A program made the translations under genes and the position numbers. From assembly GCA_001819815.1 (NCBI GenBank), contig MHNO01000009.1, forward strand, positions 147,016-211,015: a stretch of DNA of 64,000 bases. The letters are read 5' to 3'. Origin of the DNA: Candidatus Ryanbacteria bacterium RIFCSPHIGHO2_02_FULL_45_17b (GTDB taxonomy: Bacteria > Patescibacteriota > Minisyncoccia > Ryanbacterales > 2-02-FULL-48-12). Of this stretch, positions 47,349 through 56,479 are shown in pieces. Every line of letters starts with the position of its first letter. Position 1 is the stretch's first letter. The notes under the pieces are model-generated. The model saw only the letters and a program-made list of their open reading frames with translations, ran no database searches and was not told where the DNA came from.

Positions 47349-47942
47349 CTAATCAATAAATTTGAACGTGGAGAGAAATTGTTTAAAATCTTTTTTGTTT
47401 TTGGTTGATGTCTTGTACAACGTAGTTAGCATGGCTGTCATTCCATCAGCATAATTCATTTGGGCTGTTACTGTGGTTGAATCTCCCCAATCAATCATCC
47501 AAGCCCCAGCCAACTCACATCTCATGTCTTGAGGGTAAGCTTCACAATAAGTTATACCAGCAAGCGTTAAATCTATAGTAGATATCACAATAATATCATC
47601 CCCACCCTCAATAAGATGAATAGGCCACTTCGACAAACTTATCGACCACGAAGATGGATACTTAAACTCAAACCCATACTCTTCATTGAGGTATGTTTTC
47701 CAGTCTGATGTGTCATCTTGTGTAATGCTTGGCTTTGCACATTCCTCAAACTCGCAATTTTGCCCCGTGCGCCCTACATACGAGCCATCAGGGCAGAGTT
47801 TTGCTTCCAGCGTGCACGAGATTCGAAAAGAGTGCTGTGCCTTGCGGGGAACGCCAAAATAACTTGCTACTGCAATAATGCTCACTGCCATAAGTAACAA
47901 AGCAACCGCGACAACATGGCTTAGTTTTTCTCGTGCAAACAT
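47349..47942 (-). CDS. Secreted protein, WKTY/PsbP-like family, with Cys-rich CT.EAK.CPDG module
   Basis: TM signal, CTLEAKLCPDGSYVGRTGQNCEF, WKTYLNEEYGFEFKYP, terminal STFKFID. Confidence 0.75.
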   Translation of the reverse strand: MFAREKLSHVVAVALLLMAVSIIAVASYFGVPRKAQHSFRISCTLEAKLCPDGSYVGRTGQNCEFEECAKPSITQDDTSDWKTYLNEEYGFEFKYPSSWSISLSKWPIHLIEGGDDIIVISTIDLTLAGITYCEAYPQDMRCELAGAWMIDWGDSTTVTAQMNYADGMTAMLTTLYKTSTKNKKDFKQFLSTFKFID

Positions 47943-47965
47943 ATTTTTATGTAAAGTTAACTCGA

Positions 47966-48250
47966 TTATTGATTTTTATAAACTCGATCATGATGAGCAA
48001 AATCTATGAATCTAAGTTCACCATTATAAAACTCATAAACCAAAACAAAAGAACCGACATGTAATCGCCGTCGATTTTTAAGCGTGTAACGAAGAGGTTT
48101 TCCCAAAATTGGTTCGCGAATTATTTTCTCCATCTGGTTTGAAAGTTGTTCAAACAGATTATGATCTTTCTTTTTACATTTTCTCACCACTCGCTCAAAA
48201 TTAGGTGAGTAAACAATATGACTAACGTTGGGTGAACGAGAATCCTCCAT
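47966..48250 (-). CDS. RelE/ParE superfamily toxin
   Basis: P.LGKPL...LK..RRLHVGSFVLVYE...HHD.VY; TGATG coupling to the upstream gene. Confidence 0.8.
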   Translation of the reverse strand: MEDSRSPNVSHIVYSPNFERVVRKCKKKDHNLFEQLSNQMEKIIREPILGKPLRYTLKNRRRLHVGSFVLVYEFYNGELRFIDFAHHDRVYKNQ

Positions 48251-48474
48251 CACAGATTCGTTAGCCACTTTTTCATCTCGGCAATAGATGTAAATGACCG
48301 CCCTTCTTTTTTGTCCAAATTATGGCTTACGCGCTCCCATTTTTTGAGTATATCTGAACGTATAAAACGCTCATCATCCATAAGAACGACTTTTTTCAAT
48401 AAATCCAGTTCCTTTTCTACTTTCTCCTGCCGGTGAAATAAACTATTCAACTGTTTTGATGTAACTATAGGCAT
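48250..48474 (-). CDS. Putative antitoxin
   Basis: 74 aa, immediately upstream of and coupled to the RelE-like gene. Confidence 0.65.
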   Translation of the reverse strand: MPIVTSKQLNSLFHRQEKVEKELDLLKKVVLMDDERFIRSDILKKWERVSHNLDKKEGRSFTSIAEMKKWLTNL

Positions 48475-48542
48475 ATATACATACTACTGTAAATATTGAT
48501 AAGACACCAGTATATCATTCATGACCATGCAAAATGAGAAAA

Positions 48543-49394
48543 TTAATCAATAAATTTAAAAGTGGAGAAAATGCTTTCGAGTAATGATTTATTTTCTTTG
48601 TTTCCAACAGTTTGAGTATGCAAGAATATTTGAAAATTGTCCTTGCATATTTCTTTTTCCTCAAACGTAGCCACGCCTGGCCCGTATGAATCTTGAATCC
48701 AGTTTGCGTTTATAGTCTTGGGATCGCAGCCTTTTTGTATTACTATAGTCATGCCTCCTGAAGGTTCTATGCCACCATGCCCCCATTGATCTTGAAAAAA
48801 ACTTTGGACTCCACTGTTGCCTATCTGCCATGTAGGAGGATATCTAAACTCAAACCCATACTCCTCATTATGGTAAGTTTTCCATGAGAGAGCGCTACTT
48901 TCTTTTGGATCATCCTCAATATATCTTGGCACTTGTAAAATACTATACGACTTTAATATTGCGCCGTCGCTCGCCAAACCCTCCGCACGATACCAATATG
49001 TTCTATCACCTATCACAGAATCAACAACCTGTTGAGGCATAGAATCAGTAACCGGCAATGAAAGCACTTTGAGCCATGGGCCATTTTTTAATTCCGATCG
49101 ATAAAACACTAGACTCTTGGCACGAGAAGGAAGATCAGCCCAGTATAAAATAATACTATCTCCCATGTTGAAAGCCAACAAATCTCTCTCAGCGTTTAAT
49201 ACCGTTTGATTGATCGCTTGCGGACTCGGACATTCCGTCAATGTACAATCGGGAACGAGGCGACCAACAGCGCTAGCAAAAGAATTTTCTTTTCGATCAA
49301 CAAGACCAAAATACTCCACAAACGTGATAACCTGCACGGCGACAAGTAACAAAGCAACCGCGACAACATGGCTTAGTTTTTCTCGTGCAAACAT
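48543..49394 (-). CDS. Secreted protein, WKTY/PsbP-like family, with FN3-like middle domain
   Basis: Same first 17 residues as 47942; LYW...YRS...TYWYR pattern; WKTYHNEEYGFEFRYP; terminal STFKFID. Confidence 0.75.
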   Translation of the reverse strand: MFAREKLSHVVAVALLLVAVQVITFVEYFGLVDRKENSFASAVGRLVPDCTLTECPSPQAINQTVLNAERDLLAFNMGDSIILYWADLPSRAKSLVFYRSELKNGPWLKVLSLPVTDSMPQQVVDSVIGDRTYWYRAEGLASDGAILKSYSILQVPRYIEDDPKESSALSWKTYHNEEYGFEFRYPPTWQIGNSGVQSFFQDQWGHGGIEPSGGMTIVIQKGCDPKTINANWIQDSYGPGVATFEEKEICKDNFQIFLHTQTVGNKENKSLLESIFSTFKFID

Positions 49395-49403
49395 ATATCA
49401 CGA

Positions 49404-50063
49404 TTAGTTAATAAACGTAAATGTAGAGACGAGAGCATCAAATAATTCACGACTGCCGAGTACGTTCATACTGGCATGCCGATTACCATGAGAAATCAAG
49501 GCGCGATAATTGCTGACGATACCTAAATAAGTCCCCACTGAATCATATACCGCTACTGCCGTATCTCCCACAATAATATTATTATTGTTTACCGAATAAG
49601 ATACCGCCGGATCGCCTTTGCGGCCAAGCCGCCCTACCGCAAAATAGAGTCCATTGTCCTCCACAAAAAATACCTTTCGGATTGCTTCTTCCCGCGATAT
49701 TTCCCTAAGGACTTCTATACTTGCAACATTATTCACATATCCTTTCTTTTGAAACAGAGGATCAAGAAAATCCACTTGCATATCTTGCTCTTTTATCTGC
49801 CAGGCGACAGGATAGGAAACAGAAAATTTAAGAGCGGGACTGGCATATGTTTGCATCATAGTATCAGTATACCCTTCAAGTTCTTTTTCCAATGTCCGCA
49901 GTTGTTGAAAATAAGGCGCGTTGTCAAGCGCATCAAGGTTATCCACAGCATCGTTTGCTTTGTCGATTAAAAAGAGCGACATGTACCCCGCGATTGCTGT
50001 CATTACAAAAAATGAAAGAGCGGAACGCTGGCCTCTGGTAAAATTTGACGAAATACTATTCAT
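49404..50063 (-). CDS. Secreted protein, divergent member of the same family
   Basis: N-terminal TM, TY.SPALKFSVSYP..W, terminal STFTFIN. Confidence 0.65.
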   Translation of the reverse strand: MNSISSNFTRGQRSALSFFVMTAIAGYMSLFLIDKANDAVDNLDALDNAPYFQQLRTLEKELEGYTDTMMQTYASPALKFSVSYPVAWQIKEQDMQVDFLDPLFQKKGYVNNVASIEVLREISREEAIRKVFFVEDNGLYFAVGRLGRKGDPAVSYSVNNNNIIVGDTAVAVYDSVGTYLGIVSNYRALISHGNRHASMNVLGSRELFDALVSTFTFIN

Positions 50064-50937
50064 GCTCGCTTGTTATGACACCGCCAAGCGTCCGCAGTTC
50101 CGCTAAAAACCGCTTGCCCTGTTCTTGCTTTGGAATTTTATCCTCGGGACCTTTTCCGGGCGGGTTTCCGTGCCACCGGTAATCAAATTCAATTTCGGGA
50201 ATTCCTTTGCCCGGAATAGTGTGCGCGATAATGCAAACGGGTCGTTCGTAAATGGCGCGCGCTTCTTCGCACGCATTTATAATTTCATGAAAATTATGCC
50301 CGTTTATTTCAAGCACGTGCCAATTAAACGCCTCGTATTTTTCACGAAGCGGTTCCAGGGGCATAATGTCTTCCGTAATGCCGTCTATTTGAATATTATT
50401 GCGGTCAATAATATTGGTAAGATTTGCGATCCGCAGTTTTCCTGCAAGCATAATTGCTTCCCATGTATTTCCCGCGTCATGTTCGCCGTCTGAAGTAAAA
50501 CAATAAACCTGATTCGGTTTTGCATCAATTCGCAATGCTATCGCCATACCAACTGCTTGCGACAAACCGGATCCCAACGGCCCTGATGTAGTCTCTATGC
50601 CCGGAAGTGAAGTCCGATGCGGATGGCCCTGCAGGCGCGTTCCCAGTTTACGCAATGTCCGTAATTCTTGGAGAGAAAAATATGCCGCATGCGCAAGAGT
50701 CGCGTAAAGCACCGGGCAAATATGCCCATTCGAAAGTACCAAACGATCGCGATCTTCCCAATCGGGGTTGTCTGCATCATGCTTCAATATATGAAAATAC
50801 ATAGCGGTGAAAATATCCGCCATGCCTAAAGGACCCGCCGTATGTCCCGATCCTGCCTCAATGAGCATCTCAATTACGGACACGCGAATATCGTTTGCCT
50901 TTCGTTCGAGAAATTGTAATTTTTCTTGAGTCAACAT
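50056..50937 (-). CDS. Transketolase N-terminal (thiamine-binding) subunit
   Basis: GSGH, DRLVLSNGH, LQGHP, GPLGSG, SDGE, DRNNIQIDG, GKG, WHG. Confidence 0.95.
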   Translation of the reverse strand: MLTQEKLQFLERKANDIRVSVIEMLIEAGSGHTAGPLGMADIFTAMYFHILKHDADNPDWEDRDRLVLSNGHICPVLYATLAHAAYFSLQELRTLRKLGTRLQGHPHRTSLPGIETTSGPLGSGLSQAVGMAIALRIDAKPNQVYCFTSDGEHDAGNTWEAIMLAGKLRIANLTNIIDRNNIQIDGITEDIMPLEPLREKYEAFNWHVLEINGHNFHEIINACEEARAIYERPVCIIAHTIPGKGIPEIEFDYRWHGNPPGKGPEDKIPKQEQGKRFLAELRTLGGVITSEHE

Positions 50938-50962
50938 GTATTCCTGATATAAAGCCCAGCTC

Positions 50963-53338
50963 CTATTCAACTTCCGGCTGATAATATTCATTCATGCGTA
51001 CCGGAATGGGAATGACTGCCGCCAAGTTGTCTCCATCAAATTCAATTTTTAACATAAGACCTTCCCGGGTCTCAGCAGAAAAACCCTGGTCAAAAACAAA
51101 ATTTCCCAAACTATACGCAATAACACCCCCGCGGTATTCTTCAATGCCCTCTACCACATGCGGATGATGCCCTATTACCACGCGCGCGCCCGAATCAATT
51201 GCTAAACGTGCAAGATCCTTTTGGCGCGCATTCGGCGCTTGTTCGTATTCTTCTCCAAAATGAAACGACACTATTAGTATATCAACCTTCTTTGCAGCTT
51301 GTAATACGGACTTTTCCACATATGTCTTGCCCGCATTCCCTGCGGGTACTGCCGCAATGCCCGAAAGAGCCTCTTTCGATTGCATCCACAAAGGACCTAC
51401 ATCACTAAATGCAAGAAATCCAATACGCTTCCCGCGAACATCAAACACAGTCGGCTCCAAAGATTCTTTCTCGTTCCATCCCCCGCCCGCGTACGCGACC
51501 CCCGCATGTTGCAGACGGCGCATGGTGTCTTCGAACGCATCACGACTCCAGTCGCCCATGTGGTTATTTGCAAGCGAGACAATATCAAATCCGGCTAACG
51601 CAAGCGTACTCGCTACCTGCGGGTCCATGCGAAAAGAATACGCACTCCCCACATTGGTCCCCTTGTCGGACACCGGACCTTCTAAATTCGCAAATGTTAT
51701 ATCCGCGTTCGCAAGAACATCGCGCGTATAAAGAAATGGAAACATCCAGTCATCGTTGCCGTATTTATGAATTACCTGCTCCACCCCGCGGTTCATCATG
51801 ATATCGCCCGTAAAAAGCATGGAAAGAGAGCGAGACGAATCCTGAAGATCTTCCGCGGTATATTCCACCTGTTGACTCTCGAGCGAAGATTCCAAACCGT
51901 ATGAAAAATTCTGTTTCACCCAGAGGCGCAATCTCTCCACATCAGATTGAAGATTATCCGAACCCAGCACCACAATAGCTATATGACGTTCGGCAAATTC
52001 GCCAAACGGCACCGAAAAAACAGATACGATTGTTTTCTTTGCTTCCGGTATAAAACCTGTCTTGCCGCCTTCAAATGAATTTTTGGAAGCAAAGGGATGA
52101 ATGTTGCGCCACGTTTTATGACTCCGCATTGCCGTCATTTCAAGAAGCGACCGTTTATTATCCCACAAATGCCGAACAAGTTTGAACGTGTCCAGGGCCG
52201 TAGATTTATTTTCTGGATCAAGCCCCGACGGCTCCGCATAGAACGTGCGCACCAATCCAAGGCTTTCCGATTTTTCGTTCATCAGCCGCACAAATTGTTC
52301 GGTGCCCAGCTGACGCGCAATAACATACGCCGCATCATTTGAAGAAGAAAGCAACAACGGCCACAAAAGCTCTCCCGCTTCCATGCGATCTCCCACGCCC
52401 AGCCCGCCCGCTTCTCCATACGCCGCAACATCTGCGTTCGTTACCTCAACCTTCTCAAATTGATTCACTGCTTCCACGGAAATAAGAGCCGTCATTAACT
52501 TGGAAAGAGAAGCGATAGAATGTATCTCCTCAGAATTTTTTTCAAAAAAAAGAAAACTGTTTTCCAGATCTCCCACAAGCGCGGCGTACCCTGAAATAGC
52601 CGGCGGAGGTGAAAACGTATCAATTCCCCGATATCCCAATCGCTCTTCTTCGCGCGTATCAGCTGAGGCAAGAATCAATGCAGGACCGGCGCCATTTGTT
52701 ACAAATAAGGGCGTACCCTTATCAACCAACGAAAAAAGTTTCCTGGCATCTTCCTCGGAAAGCCGAATACACCCGCCGGAGAAACCTTGCGGCACAGGGC
52801 TTCCGTCGGCATAACGAGGCCATCCATGAATAAAAAAGTTTCCAAAAAACTGCATGCTATACGGCATCCAAACATTCCCCATAGTAGAATAATGATTTTC
52901 TTCCTTTGTCTTTATACGATAAGAACCCGTTGGTGTTTCCCATAAAGAGCCGGGCTTTCCCTTGGACACTATAGGAAATTCTGTTTCTAATTTTCCGTCG
53001 CGATAGAGACGTATCATCATTTCGCGCAAATCTGCAAAAAGCGCAACTCCGCTCTCCGGCACAGAGAATGACGGCTGGGAAAGAATCCGTGTCTCATACA
53101 CCTGCGGCCGATTTTTCATAAGAGACGTGTCCGCCACGCGCACAGTTTCTTCACCGCTTCCACCAACACCCTTCAGCGTTTCTGTACCCGTGATAAAAAT
53201 ATAATTGGATGCCCATAACAATGACGTATCAGAAGCAATGTGTTTTATAAAAAAAATAGGAATAGCCATACACACGCCTCCTAACAGGAATACAAAAATA
53301 CCCCACAATACATGTGAACGTTCCTTATGCGGTTGCAT
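50963..53338 (-). CDS. Fusion: L,D-transpeptidase + D-Ala-D-Ala carboxypeptidase (S11) + CapA metallophosphoesterase
   Basis: YkuD: ETPTG, FIHG..SGGCIRL. S11: SLSK, SSN, KTG. CapA: GDIM, NLE, ANNH, HFG, GHHPH, YSLGNF. Confidence 0.88.
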   Translation of the reverse strand: MQPHKERSHVLWGIFVFLLGGVCMAIPIFFIKHIASDTSLLWASNYIFITGTETLKGVGGSGEETVRVADTSLMKNRPQVYETRILSQPSFSVPESGVALFADLREMMIRLYRDGKLETEFPIVSKGKPGSLWETPTGSYRIKTKEENHYSTMGNVWMPYSMQFFGNFFIHGWPRYADGSPVPQGFSGGCIRLSEEDARKLFSLVDKGTPLFVTNGAGPALILASADTREEERLGYRGIDTFSPPPAISGYAALVGDLENSFLFFEKNSEEIHSIASLSKLMTALISVEAVNQFEKVEVTNADVAAYGEAGGLGVGDRMEAGELLWPLLLSSSNDAAYVIARQLGTEQFVRLMNEKSESLGLVRTFYAEPSGLDPENKSTALDTFKLVRHLWDNKRSLLEMTAMRSHKTWRNIHPFASKNSFEGGKTGFIPEAKKTIVSVFSVPFGEFAERHIAIVVLGSDNLQSDVERLRLWVKQNFSYGLESSLESQQVEYTAEDLQDSSRSLSMLFTGDIMMNRGVEQVIHKYGNDDWMFPFLYTRDVLANADITFANLEGPVSDKGTNVGSAYSFRMDPQVASTLALAGFDIVSLANNHMGDWSRDAFEDTMRRLQHAGVAYAGGGWNEKESLEPTVFDVRGKRIGFLAFSDVGPLWMQSKEALSGIAAVPAGNAGKTYVEKSVLQAAKKVDILIVSFHFGEEYEQAPNARQKDLARLAIDSGARVVIGHHPHVVEGIEEYRGGVIAYSLGNFVFDQGFSAETREGLMLKIEFDGDNLAAVIPIPVRMNEYYQPEVE

Positions 53339-53984
53339 GACGTCGCAAATCTTCTATCGCGCTTTTAATATCAATGTGTTCTCTATCGGAGGGAGAAAAA
53401 ATGGCAGAACCGGCAACAAGCAATGAAGCGCCTGATTGCACAATAGATGCGACTGTTGTCGTATTTACCCCTCCATCTACCTCAATGGCACAGGAAGGAC
53501 ACGCGTTATGAAGCGCGGTAATTTTTTGAAGCGTGTCTGGTTGAAACGACTGGCCAGAACGTCCGGGCGTTACCGCAAGTGTCTGCACGAGATCTATTTT
53601 GGAAAGATACGGCAACACGACATCCGCCGATGAATTAGGTAAAACCGCCATGCCCACCCGAACATCCGAAGACCGACATGCGCGAATAACCACATCAGGG
53701 TCGCGTGATGCTTCACGATGAAAAATAACCCGCCGCACAATAGGCCGCAACCATTCCCCAATCCGTTCATCAATATCGGCAATCATCAGATGCACTTCCA
53801 CCAATAGAGGTGTTTGCAAAGCAAGCAGATCTTCTGGATTGTGCCACAACTGTATGTCCGTAAACGAACCATCAGCAACGTCTATGTGCACCCACGAAAC
53901 ATACGGCTCCACCGCTTCAATTTTTTTCTTTACTTCCGTAAATGTCTCCGCATTTATAGAAGGAATAATTTCGATTTCGCTCAT
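53325..53984 (-). CDS. rpe: Ribulose-phosphate 3-epimerase
   Basis: IPSI, HIDVADG, EVHLM, V.PG..GQ, EVDGGV, VAGSAIF. Confidence 0.93.
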   Translation of the reverse strand: MSEIEIIPSINAETFTEVKKKIEAVEPYVSWVHIDVADGSFTDIQLWHNPEDLLALQTPLLVEVHLMIADIDERIGEWLRPIVRRVIFHREASRDPDVVIRACRSSDVRVGMAVLPNSSADVVLPYLSKIDLVQTLAVTPGRSGQSFQPDTLQKITALHNACPSCAIEVDGGVNTTTVASIVQSGASLLVAGSAIFSPSDREHIDIKSAIEDLRRHATA

Positions 53985-54056
53985 ATAGAAAGTATAAAGG
54001 AAAAAGATAAAAGAAAAAGGTGCCGCACGCGACACCTTTAGATACTCTTATGTATC

Positions 54057-54134
54057 TTATTTACGCCATTCCCTGTACATGAAGATCATGAACAAGATAC
54101 CACCTAAGACAACTACCATTTCCAACCAATTCAT
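54057..54134 (-). CDS. 25-aa single-TM peptide (not in the ORF track)
   Basis: MNWLEMVVVLGGILFMIFMYREWRK; SD AGGAG; ATGA overlap with the upstream stop; terminator-like hairpin at about 54015-54038. Confidence 0.55.
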   Translation of the reverse strand: MNWLEMVVVLGGILFMIFMYREWRK

Positions 54135-54331
54135 GTCTGTTTCTCCTGTTTATTAAGCAACGGCCTCTCGTCACCCGCTACTGCGCAAAGGCCAAGCGCG
54201 AGTAGTGTGGAAACGAATGACACAGCAACTCCGATTGCACATCCTGTTGACCCTCCAATACGCCACCCAATTCCGCCAAATATTGTGCTTGTTAAAACCA
54301 ATAGCACAATATAGAACATGCGCACATACAT
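54131..54331 (-). CDS. 66-aa two-TM hypothetical protein
   Basis: SD GGAGGT before ATG 54331; two hydrophobic segments. Confidence 0.6.
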   Translation of the reverse strand: MYVRMFYIVLLVLTSTIFGGIGWRIGGSTGCAIGVAVSFVSTLLALGLCAVAGDERPLLNKQEKQT

Positions 54332-54332
54332 G

Positions 54333-54800
54333 TCATACCTCCGTGTCTTTTCCACAAAAATTTTGCTGCCGTGAAGGTCCAATGATTGTAGTACTTTCAA
54401 GAGGATGTTCATTACTCAACTTCTGCCAGCCGAACTCAACTGCAAGAACTACCTTTTTGTTTTTAAGTTTAACTCCAAAATCTGTGCTTTTACCTCCAAC
54501 TTTAAACAGCCACCCTGTCGCAGTTTTTTTACATTTATAATAGCCCTCGACCCCACCCTGCCCCACTTGCCCTTTTAACATAAAACTCCCTTGTTCTAGG
54601 ATCAGGTTTATATTTGGGGTGGTGGTCGCCAAAACACAGAGTTCTTGTAGCATCAATCTGAATATGGTCGAGTCGTCTACCAAACTCTCTTTTTCAAGAA
54701 AATGTGCCTTAAATATTCTTGATGAGAAGCAATAGACGGTCTCCCAAAGTGCTTTGCGTAACTCTCCAACTACATATTCCTTCTGATACCAATGTGTCAT
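54333..54800 (-). CDS. Hypothetical protein (155 aa, strong SD)
   Basis: AAGGAGG upstream of ATG 54800. Confidence 0.6.
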   Translation of the reverse strand: MTHWYQKEYVVGELRKALWETVYCFSSRIFKAHFLEKESLVDDSTIFRLMLQELCVLATTTPNINLILEQGSFMLKGQVGQGGVEGYYKCKKTATGWLFKVGGKSTDFGVKLKNKKVVLAVEFGWQKLSNEHPLESTTIIGPSRQQNFCGKDTEV

Positions 54801-54825
54801 AAAGACCTCCTTTACTTCGAAGGTA

Positions 54826-55272
54826 TCATGAATTATCAATCTTGTCAATCCGTCGCTGATGGCGTGGTTCATGAGAAAACGGCGTCTCAAGCCACAATTT
54901 AATTGCGCGCTTTGCTTCTTCCGTATCCACAAACCGCGCGCCGATAGCAAGTATATTTGCGTCATTATGCTCGCGGGAAAGCGTTATAATACGGTCGTTC
55001 TTTCCATACCACACCACAGCCCGCACGCCGGAAACACGATTTGCCGCTATTGCTTCCCCTTCACCAGAACCGCCAAACACGACACCCACCGCACCTTCTT
55101 CTCTCGCAACATGTTCTGCGACCGGCCGAATAAAATCAGGGTAATCATCATTAGGCGCTTCTCTATTTGGACCTAAATCAGCAATACTATACCCTTCCCC
55201 AACCAAAAAATGGCGCATCTCTTCCTTCAACTTAAACCCCGCATGGTCAGATGCAATATATATTGTTCTCAT
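54826..55272 (-). CDS. rpiB: Ribose-5-phosphate isomerase B
   Basis: SDHAG, DDYPD, GGSGEG, ANR..GVRA, REHNDAN, RHQRRI. Confidence 0.95.
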   Translation of the reverse strand: MRTIYIASDHAGFKLKEEMRHFLVGEGYSIADLGPNREAPNDDYPDFIRPVAEHVAREEGAVGVVFGGSGEGEAIAANRVSGVRAVVWYGKNDRIITLSREHNDANILAIGARFVDTEEAKRAIKLWLETPFSHEPRHQRRIDKIDNS

Positions 55273-55348
55273 ATTGATCTCTATAACGTAACTACCCAAA
55301 TTGTATACCATTATGTTATAATGGTATAGGGATATATATTATAAATTA

Positions 55349-55993
55349 ATGACAAAAACTTTTATGAAAGAGACCAATGATGCTATTGATTTGGTATTTC
55401 TTACAAAAGCGTGTTTTAGTTTTCTTGTATTGGCCACAATAATACAATGGGGTATTGCAAACAAAACAGACATAGTTTCTGCCGCCACGCAAGCAGGTTT
55501 AGCTTATTCCCCTGAAGAATTTACCCAATTGCGTGATATGTCTTGTGCCGCATATGACCAGCTCATAGAAGACCGCGACAATAAAACTTGCATAGAACAC
55601 GGGGCATGTTTACGAAGTCCTGAAAAACTCCGCAAAATGTGTGACTATCGGGTTCCCAATATGATGAAATATTGTAGTATGGGAAAACTCAACCAAGCCC
55701 GCACGGAAATATCAAACGCTCTGCACGCCATGGACGATCACATTGAACTTCGTGTTCATTATTGCCTAACAAAACAAATTGATTGTGAAATGGTTGCCCA
55801 ACGTTTAGGAGAACCTTGGCTTACTCGTGAAGATGTTGGTTTCTCCGCCAGTAAACATAGCCGATCTATCGTACGCGACCATGTATTTGAAATAGGTAAA
55901 AAACTTCCTTTGCAAAATCCTGTTGAAATATACCCCTTAACTATCTATGCGGCACTCTATCAACGATTGCAACAACAGAATGTGTGTGAATAA
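55349..55993 (+). CDS. Hypothetical Cys-rich membrane-anchored protein
   Basis: N-terminal TM; nine cysteines. Confidence 0.55.
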   Translation: MTKTFMKETNDAIDLVFLTKACFSFLVLATIIQWGIANKTDIVSAATQAGLAYSPEEFTQLRDMSCAAYDQLIEDRDNKTCIEHGACLRSPEKLRKMCDYRVPNMMKYCSMGKLNQARTEISNALHAMDDHIELRVHYCLTKQIDCEMVAQRLGEPWLTREDVGFSASKHSRSIVRDHVFEIGKKLPLQNPVEIYPLTIYAALYQRLQQQNVCE

Positions 55994-56004
55994 ATTTGTT
56001 TTTC

Positions 56005-56039
56005 AAAAAAAATACCGCGTGGTAAGAACCATGCGGTAT
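56005..56039. terminator. Terminator hairpin between convergent ORFans
   Basis: A-run, then ATACCGCGTGGT-AAGA-ACCATGCGGTAT. Confidence 0.7.
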
Positions 56040-56050
56040 GTCAAGTGGTA

Positions 56051-56326
56051 TCAGAGACATTTATTGGCAACGTGGACCCCATTGATCCAAGTTGCAACCT
56101 GCATTGCCCACTGCCGACTTCGTAGGTCATCATCCATGATGGCAGTATGCATAGCACCTTTTACTTCCGCCATGATGGCAATGAGCAGATTGTATTGCTC
56201 AAAGTCTATTTCGGCGTGAGGTACGACTCCAACGAAAACCTGGTTTAGGAACGACCACACCTTAGATTTCGGAGTTAAGTCTACAGTTTCCATCATCGTC
56301 GCGATTTTATCTCTTACTTTTATCAT
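56051..56326 (-). CDS. Hypothetical protein (ORFan with strong SD)
   Basis: TAAGGAG SD; TTGACA-type promoter near 56380-56405. Confidence 0.6.
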   Translation of the reverse strand: MIKVRDKIATMMETVDLTPKSKVWSFLNQVFVGVVPHAEIDFEQYNLLIAIMAEVKGAMHTAIMDDDLRSRQWAMQVATWINGVHVANKCL

Positions 56327-56479
56327 AAATTCTCCTTATTCTTATTTGGTTTTCAACGCAAAAGATACTAATCCCATGTGTAGCATTTTTCCTGTTATTT
56401 GTCAAATTTTTACACTGCACTCGTGGGCTACGTAATGATTTCTGAACTTTTGACCGAGTAGACACATATAGCTACTTTA

